Shown piece by piece: positions 26,601 to 36,527 of a DNA stretch of 64,000 bases. Origin of the DNA: Eledone cirrhosa (taxonomy: Eukaryota). Under the pieces are notes generated by a model that saw only the letters and a list, made by a program, of their open reading frames with translations, did not search any database and was not told where the DNA came from. The stretch is from assembly GCA_964016885.1 (NCBI GenBank), contig OZ024740.1:262570001-262634000 (forward strand). Reading direction: 5' to 3'. The translations under genes and the position numbers were made by a program. The stretch's first letter is position 1; every line of letters starts with the position of its first letter.

Positions 26601-29458
26601 ATTAGCGAACTAGTTAAGCGGGCGTTGACGGGGGCCATCGTCAACAACAAGTGGTGGTTTGCTCTGAAAAGAGCAATTAGAATAGAGTCCATTAGGTTTA
26701 GTAAGACTTTAGCAATAGAGAAAAATAGAGCAGAGGGAGAATTAGAAAATTAGATGAGGCGCTTAGCAAAGGCATCGCGACCGACGTACTTGCGGCGAAA
26801 TTGGCCCTTGACCAATTCTTCAATGCAAAGCACGAAGGCTGCGTTGTCAGAGCTAGGGTGCGTGCTCTCAGACACGAGGGGACGAAAGCCGTTCAATGGG
26901 CCCGAGTGGCGGAGGCGCGTCGTGGCAACAAAGCCACGATCCGGTCTTTGGTGGACCACGACGGGCGCATGCTACTCGATCCCGGGCAAATGTGTGAAGC
27001 TTTTCAGCGACACTTCGGGGGCAGTGGCGGGCCGGATCGAGGGATGGACTTTAGTGTCTACCTCGACGGACTGCCGCGGCTTTCGGCCACTGAGGCGGAG
27101 TGTTGCGAAAAGCCGATAACAACCGCTGAAGTACGGGATGCAATGACTAGTTGCACAAGGGGTAAATCGCCTGGTTTGGATGGTCTGCCCTATGAACTTT
27201 ACGTACAAATGCCAAACTTGTTCGGAGGCCTCTTGGCGGACGTCTACTGCAACTGGCAACAGAACGGGAGAATTCCCAGCTCTGTGAGCCGAGGAGCGGT
27301 GGCGCTGCTGAGAAAGGATCCGAACAAGGGGGATAACATAGATAATTTTAGGCCCATAACTCTGCTAAACACAGAGTTCAAGATTTTGGCCAAGGTGCTA
27401 GCAAAGAGGTTGGCGCTTGTCGTTGGTGGTCTGGTGGGAGAGGCGCAGACATGCGCCATTCCCGACAGATCCATCCACGACAACCTCCACCTCATGCGAT
27501 ACATCGTAGAGAGGGTAGCTAGGGAACCTGGCACGGGTGGGTCTTTGATCAATTTAGATCAGTCGAAAGCCTTCGATAGGGTCGACCATCATTACCTAGC
27601 GGCAGTCCTGAGGGCGGCTGGCTTTGAGCCCGTCTTCAGAGGCTGGATCGCTGCCATGCACAGCGACATCTGCTCTGTAGTGAGAGTGAACGGTCACCTT
27701 TCGGAACCGTTCAACATCATGCGCTCGGTCCGCCAAGGATGTCCCCTCTCGTCCCTATTGTACGTATTGACTCTCGAGCCATTACTGCACAAACTGGAGA
27801 CGTTGAGGGGGGTCCCGCGCGAACTAGGATGCGGAAGATCCGTGTCAGCATATGCCGACGATGTCACCGTAGTGGTGTCGAACGCCAAACACATCGAGGC
27901 GATCGGCACTACACTAAGAGAATACGAAGCGGTGACAGGAGCAATGATCAACCAGGAAAAGTCTGTGGGCCTGCAGCTCGGCACCTGGAGAGGCAGGTCC
28001 ATGCCGTCCAACAGCGTCGTCGGGCGCTGGATGGACGGACCGGTTAAATTGCTAGGGGTCTGGTTCGGTCCAGACCTCCAGACGGACAAAAACTGGGACG
28101 AGGTGACGAGCAGGGTGGCTTCTCTCACCCAGTAATGGGCCGAGAGGAAGCTATCCCTGAAAGGTCGAGCGGAGGTGGCGAATGCGTACATCGCATCCGT
28201 CATCTACTACCGCCTGACCGTCGTACCTTGTCCTAAGCCCCGCCTGACTGCGCTGGAGCGTTTGCTCTTTCGCTTCTTGTGGAAGGGACGCGCTCCGATG
28301 GTCAGGCGGTCCATCTGCTGTCAACACCCGCTACGTGGAGGGCTGGGCATGCCGTGGCTGATGATGCGCAGACACGCGCTCAGGCTACGACATCTCCACC
28401 TCTTCCTCGACGGTGATCAGGTGTGGTCGCCGTTTGCAAGACACGTTTTTCCCCAGCTCGTCTCCTTGACGGAGCTGCAGTCCTGGGTCAAGCGAAGACC
28501 GAGAGGGAGCGCTTGGAGACTGGAATGTCTTCAGGCGCTCACAGCCCTCGGCCAATCGGGCAATGTGATCGGTGGAAACTCCACCTTGGCGTTCTATAGG
28601 GGATTAGTGGAGGGGAAGAGCGACGACGTACTTGGAGAAACTCTAGGCGTCGACGAAAATCAACTAGCCAATCTCTTCGGAAGGACTTTCGGGCCGGGGC
28701 CTATGGACAACTTCCAGAAATCCCTGGCCTGGCAGTGCTACCGAGGAGCTTTGCCAGTTCGGGATAAACTCTACAGGCATGGAGGTGCCGTCAGCCGGGC
28801 ATGTCCGAGATGCGCGCAGGGCGACGAAACCGTCCTGCACGCACTCGTCCAGTGTCCGAGCATTGCTCACTTGTGGGTTTATGTCGAACACCTGCTGTCA
28901 CGTGTAGGACCTATCCAGCTATCAGCTGAGTCCATCGTGAGGATTGCCCCGCCCCCTTCCTTTAGCCTGGAAGGGCAGGCAGTTTTTATCTGTCTGGTGG
29001 CCATGGCGAAAGAGATAGTATGGTGGACACGTTTGAAAGGGCTGAAGACGAGCACTTACCTCTTCGGTGATGCCCTGATTAACTTTTTCAAATTTCATTT
29101 GAAAAGGAAAATCAGGGTAGAGAAGGAAGTGCTCTCTTCCCACCATTTTGTTGAAAGATGGGTGAGAGAAGCAAGTATGGCCCGAATGAATGGGCCTTCT
29201 CTGAGTATGTGTCTGTAAATTAAAGGTGGAAAACTGGGAGAGGGCACTTGCCCTGGTGGTCAGGGCCACTGTGGTCTTTTAATGGGCTTTCTCCACAAAT
29301 GTCCCTTGGAAGTCTCCCCCTATTGGGGAATTTTTCTTTGTTATTTTATTTCAACCTATGTTTTTTTACACGCAGAAATGCCCATTTGTACCGTCCTGTA
29401 TTGTCCTGTACTGTCCTTAATGTCTACTTTATGTGAACCCTTGTGGTTAATAAAGAAA

Positions 29459-29460
<2 letters not shown>
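23618..29460 (+). mobile_element. Tx1 LINE copy C, full-length, mildly degraded (ORF1 type 2)
   Basis: Same 5' end as B. ORF1 23825-25780 is frameshifted; ORF2 25815-29218 has a frameshift near 26745 and a stop at 28133. Confidence 0.96.
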
Positions 29461-29511
<51 letters not shown>

Positions 29512-29724
29512 GAATGCCATGGTTGACGGAGGCTCGGCTCTGTAAGGTATAGTAATTTTTAACCGTTAAAACAATTGTAAATTGTTTAAAACTTGAACCA
29601 AATTGTTGATAAAGACACCCTCCTCCTCGTGAGAGGGGTCTTTCTGTCCGTTATTTGGCCCTTCGGGGTTAAATAGCCAGTTATTGGGGTTTTGTACCCA
29701 AAATTTCATTTTAAACAAAAAAAC

Positions 29725-31824
29725 ATGGCTACCAAAAAAAAAAAATTTCATACGTCACTCCCACTCATTCCGTCTTCTTCTTCCTCAATCATCACTACAG
29801 GAGAGAGAAGATTGTCTCTCTCCCTCCCTTCTTTAAATGTGTCTCTCTCCCTACCTTCTCTTTCGCAAGCGACGAAAGAAAAGAAAAGTCTCGTGCAAAG
29901 CGTGCAAGGTTTCTCCACGACGACGACGACAGCGACGAAACAGGTGTGCGGGAAATACGAAAACCCAGTTCATTCGTCTGACGTCAGGAATAATAGCAGT
30001 AGCAGCCGTAATAACAACAGCAACAGTGACAATGAAAACAACAGTAGCAGCCGCAACAGCATCACCAGCAGCATAAACAACAACAGCATTAGCAGCAGCA
30101 ACACCAACAACAACCACAGCAACAGCGGCGGAGGCAGTAGTCGTAGTACCTGCAGCAACAACAAAAGTACCAGCAGCTCTGACGACAACAACAACAGCAG
30201 AGAAAAACCAATCTCATTTGCAGGTATTGCGAAAAACCTGGAAACAATCCTCATAACAAATGAGGAATTAGAGGAAGCGAAGAAGATGGTGACAAAGAAC
30301 GGACACCGAGCAATCTGCAAGGCAGCGAAAAATTTTTTCGAAACCCAAGAGCACTGTACGGTCACGTACCGTACAGTAAGTACAAAATCCCGTAGGGTGG
30401 AAAGAGCCACAGAGGCCCAAATACAAAAAGCCTTGGGGTCTGTGTGGCAGAGGAAAACGCACATCACCCGAGGCAAAAAATACGCCACCGTAGACGTACT
30501 TTTTGCCACACCCCAGGAGGCAAAGGCCCAATCAGTAGTGACCCTAAGGAGCGAGGAAATGGTGTTGGTGCCCTCCTACTGCGGGCAAAAAATTGTGAGG
30601 GTCAAACTGACCCACGTCCCCCCCGGAATGACCCCTTCTTGGCTGGCCGCGTCTGTCCTCGTCGGAATCGAGGACAAAACAACTGTACTGCAAGTACAGA
30701 AAAAAGTAAGAGAAGATTGGGTCGGCTCCTCCATTGAGATGCTAATCCAAACCAACCAGGAGTGCATCGAAGCTATCCCGGATGTGATAGACTTCGATAA
30801 CGGCACTCAACTGCCCATAAGTGTTGAGGGCAAACGCCCGAAATGCTTTCGCTGTGGATCGAAGACTCACCTCAGGGCCTTCTGCAACGAGAAGACCCTG
30901 AGAAAGGAGAAAACCCCCCTCCTCCCGAATCCGGTTCCACGGCTACCAGCAACAGGACAAGCGGCAACCAGGAACGATAGGTCCGTGGCACCCATACCCA
31001 CTCCACGGAAATCAAAGACAGCAGCAGCAGTGGAAATATTAACAACAACAACAGCAATACCAAATGCAGCTGCAACAGAGACTCCAGTGCAAACATCACC
31101 AACAACAACAAGTGAAAGAGTGGAGCTGGTACCCCTCCCCGACCTTACAGAATCAGACATGGAGTGTGAGGTGGGAGAGGGATGGCAAAAGGTCTCAAGA
31201 AGGCACAAACGCAGAAGCAGCGCATCGTCGCCTTTGAAAAGGGAGGAAAGAAATGAGAAAAGGGTAAAGTCTACTGCAAAGAGACCCACAGCAGCAACAC
31301 CACCAACACCATCACCACCCACACCAGCACCACCATCACCACCGGCGACAACCCCACCGCCAACAACACCTTCAACACCACCACCACAAGCACCAACATC
31401 GCAAACACAACAACAAAACACACACACCCAGCAACAACGACAAGAAAATAGCAGAACCACACCCCACCCCCAGAAAAACAAATGCACGGCAATAAACACA
31501 CACAACAAGAAACTAATGACTTACATAATTGAACACACAGACATTTCACAACAGGACTACATAATACCAGCACCAATCAAAACGCCAACTAACATAAGAC
31601 TGCTAAAAATAGCACAGAAACAATACACAAACATTAAAACGAAATTCCCCAACGCAGTTGGTGATTTCAGGGACCTAGGAGGAACCATTAATCGAAGAGT
31701 ATATTCAGACATTCTCTTAGAAGAGCCGACGACCAGCCGAAGGGACGATTCAACGGTCCCTTCACCAGACGATCAAGTGAAAAGGGATGTAAAAACCATC
31801 CCTCCTCTACCAAAAATACGGTAA
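29725..31824 (+). CDS. Tx1 ORF1 nucleic-acid-binding protein (~699 aa): S/N-rich N-terminus, CCHC knuckle, P/T-rich linker, conserved C-terminal domain
   Basis: Open frame 29692..31824, first ATG at 29725; CFRCGSKTHLRAFC. Confidence 0.9.
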   Translation: MATKKKKFHTSLPLIPSSSSSIITTGERRLSLSLPSLNVSLSLPSLSQATKEKKSLVQSVQGFSTTTTTATKQVCGKYENPVHSSDVRNNSSSSRNNNSNSDNENNSSSRNSITSSINNNSISSSNTNNNHSNSGGGSSRSTCSNNKSTSSSDDNNNSREKPISFAGIAKNLETILITNEELEEAKKMVTKNGHRAICKAAKNFFETQEHCTVTYRTVSTKSRRVERATEAQIQKALGSVWQRKTHITRGKKYATVDVLFATPQEAKAQSVVTLRSEEMVLVPSYCGQKIVRVKLTHVPPGMTPSWLAASVLVGIEDKTTVLQVQKKVREDWVGSSIEMLIQTNQECIEAIPDVIDFDNGTQLPISVEGKRPKCFRCGSKTHLRAFCNEKTLRKEKTPLLPNPVPRLPATGQAATRNDRSVAPIPTPRKSKTAAAVEILTTTTAIPNAAATETPVQTSPTTTSERVELVPLPDLTESDMECEVGEGWQKVSRRHKRRSSASSPLKREERNEKRVKSTAKRPTAATPPTPSPPTPAPPSPPATTPPPTTPSTPPPQAPTSQTQQQNTHTQQQRQENSRTTPHPQKNKCTAINTHNKKLMTYIIEHTDISQQDYIIPAPIKTPTNIRLLKIAQKQYTNIKTKFPNAVGDFRDLGGTINRRVYSDILLEEPTTSRRDDSTVPSPDDQVKRDVKTIPPLPKIR

Positions 31825-31859
31825 GTGGTCTTTCCCATCTTTTCCACTCTATTTTAAAC

Positions 31860-34800
31860 ATGACCTCACTCAGAATAGGCAGCATAAATGCGCGTGGCTT
31901 GGGGTCGTCATGGAAGCAGGGTCACCTGCTCAACGACCTCAGGTCACTAAACATAGATGTAGTGGCCATCAGCGAGACCAGAATCTCCGAAGCACGGGCC
32001 TTCGCACCGATCTTCGGCGGCTACGATGTGTACGCATCTCCCAGCCGTCCTGGATCGGGTGGAGGAGTTGCTGTGCTTTTTCGGAGAGGTTTGGATCTCG
32101 CCATACGGGCCATCTTCCTGGACCCAGAGGGTAAGCTGGTGGTGCTGGACGTGACCAGCGGAGACGGGCAAGCTTTCAGGCTAGTGGCCGTCTATGCCCC
32201 GACAGGAGCAGGGCGGCCTGATTTCTTCCGGCGTCTGGAGACCTTTCTTGGAACGTCGCGCTCTTTAGTGTTAGTGGGCGACTGGAACGGGATCTTAGAT
32301 GCACGCTGGGACTGTGTGGGATTAGCGGATAGGGGTGGAGGGTGCAAGAGCCTCACCAACCTGCTCAGGCGTTTTGAACTGTCTGACAGGTACCGATTGG
32401 ATTTCCCGAATGTGCCAATGTGGACTTGGACAAACCGCATAGGGTCATCCAGATCATATCTAGATAGAGTATTTTGTAGGGAAATAGATAGGTCTAGCAT
32501 AGGCTGTCCACAATTCAAGATAGTCAGCTACACGGACCACAAATTCGTGATCTGTGTGCTTGACTTAGATAGGCTTCATAGACGAGGACCCGGCTACTGG
32601 AAGCTAAACGCGTCCTTACCAGCGCGCAAGGCCTACAGAGACCGGATTAGCGAACTAGTTAAGCGGGCGTTGACGGGGGCCATCGTCAACAACAAGTGGT
32701 GGTTTGCTCTGAAAAGAGCGATTAGAATAGAATCGATTAGGTTTAGTAAGGCTTTAGCAATAGAGAAAAATAGAGCAGAGGGAGAACTAGTTAGAAAATT
32801 AGACGAGGCGCTTAGCAAAGGCATTGCGACCGACGTGCTTGCGGCGAAATTGGCCCTTGACCAATTCTTCAATGCAAAGCACGAAGGCTGCGTTGTCAGA
32901 GCTAGGGTGCGTGCTCTCAGACACGAGGGGACGAAAGCCGTTCAATGGGCCCGAGTGGCGGAGGCGCGTCGTGGCAACAAAGCCACGATCCGGTCTTTGG
33001 TGGACCACGACGGGCGCATGCTACTCGATCCCGGGCAAATGTGTGAAGCTTTTCAGCGACACTTCGCTCAGCTGTTCGGGGGCAGCGGGGGGCCGGGTAG
33101 AGGGATGGACTTTAGTGTCTACCTCGACGGACTGCCGCGGCTCTCGGCCACTGAGGCGAAGTGTTGCGAAAAGCCGATAACAGCCGCTGAAGTAAGGGAG
33201 GCAATGACTGGCTGCACAAGGGGTAAATCGCCTGGTTTGGATGGTCTGCCCTATGAACTTTACGTACAGATGCCAGACTTGTTCGGAGGCCTCTTGGCGG
33301 ACGTCTACTGCAACTGGCAACAGAACGGGAGAATTCCCAGTTCTGTGAGCCGAGGAGCGGTGGCACTGCTGAGAAAGGATCCGAACAAGGGGGATAACAT
33401 AGACAATTTCCGGCCCATAACTCTGCTAAACACAGAGTTTAAGATTTTGGCCAAGGTGCTAGCAAAGAGGTTGGCGCTTGTCGTTGGTGGTCTGGTGGGA
33501 GAGGCGCAGACATGCGCCATTCCCGACAGATCCATCCACGACAACCTCCACCTCATGCGATACATCGTAGAGAGGGTAGCTAGGGAACCTGGCACGGGTG
33601 GGTCCTTGATCAATTTAGATCAGTCGAAAGCTTTCGATAGGGTCGACCATCGTTACCTAGCGGCAGTCCTGAGGGCGGCTGGCTTTGGGCCCGTCTTCAG
33701 AGGCTGGATCGCTGCCATGCACAGCGACATCTGCTCTGTGGTGAGAGTGAACGGTCACCTGTCGGAACCGTTCAACATCATGCGCTCGGTCCGCCAAGGA
33801 TGTCCCCTCTCGTCCCTCTTGTACGTATTGACTCTCGAGCCATTACTGCACAAACTGGAGACGTTGAGGGGAGTCCCGCGCGAACTAGGATGCGGAAGAT
33901 CCGTGTCAGCATATGCGGACGATGTCACCGTAGTGGTGTCGAACGCCAAACACATCGAGGCGATCGGCACTACACTAAGAGAATACGAAGCGGTGACAGG
34001 AGCAATGATCAACCAGGAAAAGTCAGTGGGCCTGCAGCTCGGCACCTGGAGAGGCAGGTCCATGCCGTCCAACAGCGTCGTCGGGCGCTGGACGGACGGA
34101 CCGGTTAAATTGCTAGGGGTCTGGTTCGGTCCGGACCTCCAGACGGACAAAAACTGGGACGAGGTGACGAGCAGGGTGGCTTCTCTCACCCAGAAATGGG
34201 CGGAGAGGAAGCTATCCCTGAAAGGTCGAGCGGAGGTGGCTAACGCGTACATCGCGTCTGTCATCTGCTACCGCCTAACCGTCGTACCTTGTCCTAAGCC
34301 TCGCCTGACTGCGCTGGAGCGTTTGCTCTTTCGCTTTTTGTGGAAGGGACGTGCTCCGATGGTCAGGCGGTCCATCTGTTGTCAACACCCGCTACGTGGA
34401 GGGCTGGGCATGCCGTGGCTGATGATGCGCAGGCACGCGCTCAGGCTACGACATCTCCACCTCTTCCTCGACGGTGATCAGGTGTGGTCGCCGTTTGCTA
34501 GACGCGTTTTTCCCCAGCTCGTTTCCTTGACGGAGCTGCAGTCCTGGGTCAAGCGAAGACCGAGAGGGAGCGCCTGGAGACTGGAATGTCTTCAGGCGCT
34601 CACAGCCCTCGACCAATCGGGCAATGTGATCGGTGGAAACTCCACCTCGGCGTTCTATAGAGGATTAGTGGAGGGGAAGAGCGACGACGTACTTGGGGAA
34701 ACTCTAGGCGTCGACGAAAATCAACTAGCCAATCTCTTCGGAAGAACCTTCGGGCCAGGGCCTATGGACAACTTCCAGAAATCTCTGGCCTGGCAGTGCT

Positions 34801-35279
34801 ACCGAGGAGCCTTGCCAGTTCGGGATAAACTCTACAGGCATGGAGGTGCCGTCAGCCGGGCATGTCCGAGATGCGCGCAGGGCGACGAAACCGTCCTGCA
34901 CGCACTCGTCCAGTGTCCGAAAATTGCTGACTTGTGGGTTTATGTCGAACACCTGCTGTCGCGTTTAGGACGGATCCAGCTATCATCTGAGTCTATCGTG
35001 AGGATTGCCCCGCCCTCCTCCTTTAGCCGGGAAGGGCAGGCAGTTTTTATCTGTCTGGTGGCCATGGCGAAAGAGATAGTATGGTGGACACGTTTGAAAG
35101 GGCTGAAGACGAGCACTTACCTCTTCGGTGATGCTCTGATTGACTTTTTCAAATTTCATTTGAAAAGGAAAATCAGAGTAGAGAAGGAAGTGCTCTCTTC
35201 CCAGCATTTTGTTGAAAGATGGGTGAGAGAAGCAAGAATGGCCCGAGTGAATGGGCCGACTCTGAGTATATATCTGTAA
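31860..35279 (+). CDS. Tx1/L1 ORF2: APE endonuclease, reverse transcriptase and C-terminal zinc-binding domain (1139 aa)
   Basis: INARG, SETR, GDWN, YLDR, TDH; LDQSKAFDRVDH, RQGCPLS, YADD; CPRC...ETVLHALVQC. All intact. Confidence 0.97.
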   Translation: MTSLRIGSINARGLGSSWKQGHLLNDLRSLNIDVVAISETRISEARAFAPIFGGYDVYASPSRPGSGGGVAVLFRRGLDLAIRAIFLDPEGKLVVLDVTSGDGQAFRLVAVYAPTGAGRPDFFRRLETFLGTSRSLVLVGDWNGILDARWDCVGLADRGGGCKSLTNLLRRFELSDRYRLDFPNVPMWTWTNRIGSSRSYLDRVFCREIDRSSIGCPQFKIVSYTDHKFVICVLDLDRLHRRGPGYWKLNASLPARKAYRDRISELVKRALTGAIVNNKWWFALKRAIRIESIRFSKALAIEKNRAEGELVRKLDEALSKGIATDVLAAKLALDQFFNAKHEGCVVRARVRALRHEGTKAVQWARVAEARRGNKATIRSLVDHDGRMLLDPGQMCEAFQRHFAQLFGGSGGPGRGMDFSVYLDGLPRLSATEAKCCEKPITAAEVREAMTGCTRGKSPGLDGLPYELYVQMPDLFGGLLADVYCNWQQNGRIPSSVSRGAVALLRKDPNKGDNIDNFRPITLLNTEFKILAKVLAKRLALVVGGLVGEAQTCAIPDRSIHDNLHLMRYIVERVAREPGTGGSLINLDQSKAFDRVDHRYLAAVLRAAGFGPVFRGWIAAMHSDICSVVRVNGHLSEPFNIMRSVRQGCPLSSLLYVLTLEPLLHKLETLRGVPRELGCGRSVSAYADDVTVVVSNAKHIEAIGTTLREYEAVTGAMINQEKSVGLQLGTWRGRSMPSNSVVGRWTDGPVKLLGVWFGPDLQTDKNWDEVTSRVASLTQKWAERKLSLKGRAEVANAYIASVICYRLTVVPCPKPRLTALERLLFRFLWKGRAPMVRRSICCQHPLRGGLGMPWLMMRRHALRLRHLHLFLDGDQVWSPFARRVFPQLVSLTELQSWVKRRPRGSAWRLECLQALTALDQSGNVIGGNSTSAFYRGLVEGKSDDVLGETLGVDENQLANLFGRTFGPGPMDNFQKSLAWQCYRGALPVRDKLYRHGGAVSRACPRCAQGDETVLHALVQCPKIADLWVYVEHLLSRLGRIQLSSESIVRIAPPSSFSREGQAVFICLVAMAKEIVWWTRLKGLKTSTYLFGDALIDFFKFHLKRKIRVEKEVLSSQHFVERWVREARMARVNGPTLSIYL

Positions 35280-35540
35280 ACTAAAGGTGGAAAACTGGGA
35301 GAGGGCACTTGCCTTGGTGGTCAGGGTCATTGTGGCTTTTTACTGGGCTTTCTCCACAAATGTCCCTCCGAAGTCTCCCCCCTATTGGGGAATTTTTCAT
35401 TGTTATTTTCATTGTTATTTTTGTTACATCCTCTATTTTTGTTTTTTTTACACGCAGAAATGCCCATTTGTACCGTCCTGCATTGTCCTGCACTGTCCTT
35501 AATGTCTACTTTATGTAAACCCTTGTGGTTAATAAAGAAA

Positions 35541-35578
<38 letters not shown>

Positions 35579-35590
35579 ATTATTATTATT

Positions 35591-36481
35591 TGAGTCTCAG
35601 TCATTGATGTTAGTTAATTGGAAAGTTTGTTGAAATGAATATCAAGCCACTACCTGCAGCCTGATATTCAGGAAGCATGCCTTTTGAAGCGTTCCAAAAA
35701 GCGTGAAGGGGCCGATTTTCTTTAACCATCCCTGGAAACTTTTTGAGATAGTACCTAGTGCGCCTATGACAATCGGGACCACTTTGACTTCATGACAGTT
35801 CCAAATCTTTTTTACCTCCCACTTTAAGTCCTGGTATCGGTTAATTTTCTCCCTCTCCTTCTCTTGTTCTCTCGTGTCGAATGGGAAAGCCACAACCACA
35901 ATCAGGCACGATCTTTTTTCTTTGTCTACAACCACCAGGTCAGGTCTATTGTGTTCCAGTTTCTTGTCCGTCTGTATCCTAAAATCACACAGGACCTTCA
36001 CCTGTTCGTTTTCTATCACCGACTCTGGCTTATGCTCATACCACTTCTCAGAATGTGGTAAATTGTTTACTTTGCATAGGTGCCAGTGGATCACCCTGCC
36101 CATCACATCATGTCTCCAGCCTTTATAGTGAGTCTGGGCTAGGTGTTTACACTCGGATACAGTGTGAGTCACAGTCTCCTCTCTCTCTCCACAGATCCTG
36201 TACAGTGGGCTAGCCTCCTCCTTCTAAATATGGTATTTCAACCACTTCGTTTTGAGGGCCTGCTCTTGCGCAGCCATTAACATACCTTCTGTAGCCTTTT
36301 TAAGGTCTCCTCTTTTCAACCAGTTCCATGTCTGTGGATCTCTGAATTCAGTTTTCTCAAAGAAGGTAGTATGAAGGGATTTTTCCTGAAGGCTGCTCTT
36401 TCTCCTTCATGTTATTTCCTTCTTGGACCTCCCCTGGTCTATTTTCCTCTCCTGGACATCCCCTGGGCTATTGTCCTCTCC
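35591..36481 (-). mobile_element. R4/Dong-like 3' fragment (family a), inserted in the tail of Tx1 D
   Basis: RHD and RPDLVV motifs in ORF 35642..36172; TAT tracts on both sides. Confidence 0.92.

Positions 36482-36526
<45 letters not shown>

Positions 36527-36527
<1 letters not shown>

Larger units (their letters stand above)
29512..35542 (+). mobile_element. Tx1 LINE copy D, full-length and apparently intact (ORF1 type 3)
   Basis: Distinct 5' UTR, two uninterrupted ORFs, AATAAA, and (ATT)n on both sides. Confidence 0.97.

Noticed and set aside
33755-34264. Recurrent 169-aa antisense ORF in Tx1 ORF2 (also at 21822 and 27694)
   Set aside because: Recurrence is explained by near identity of the copies; GC-rich antisense frame with no independent coding signal.
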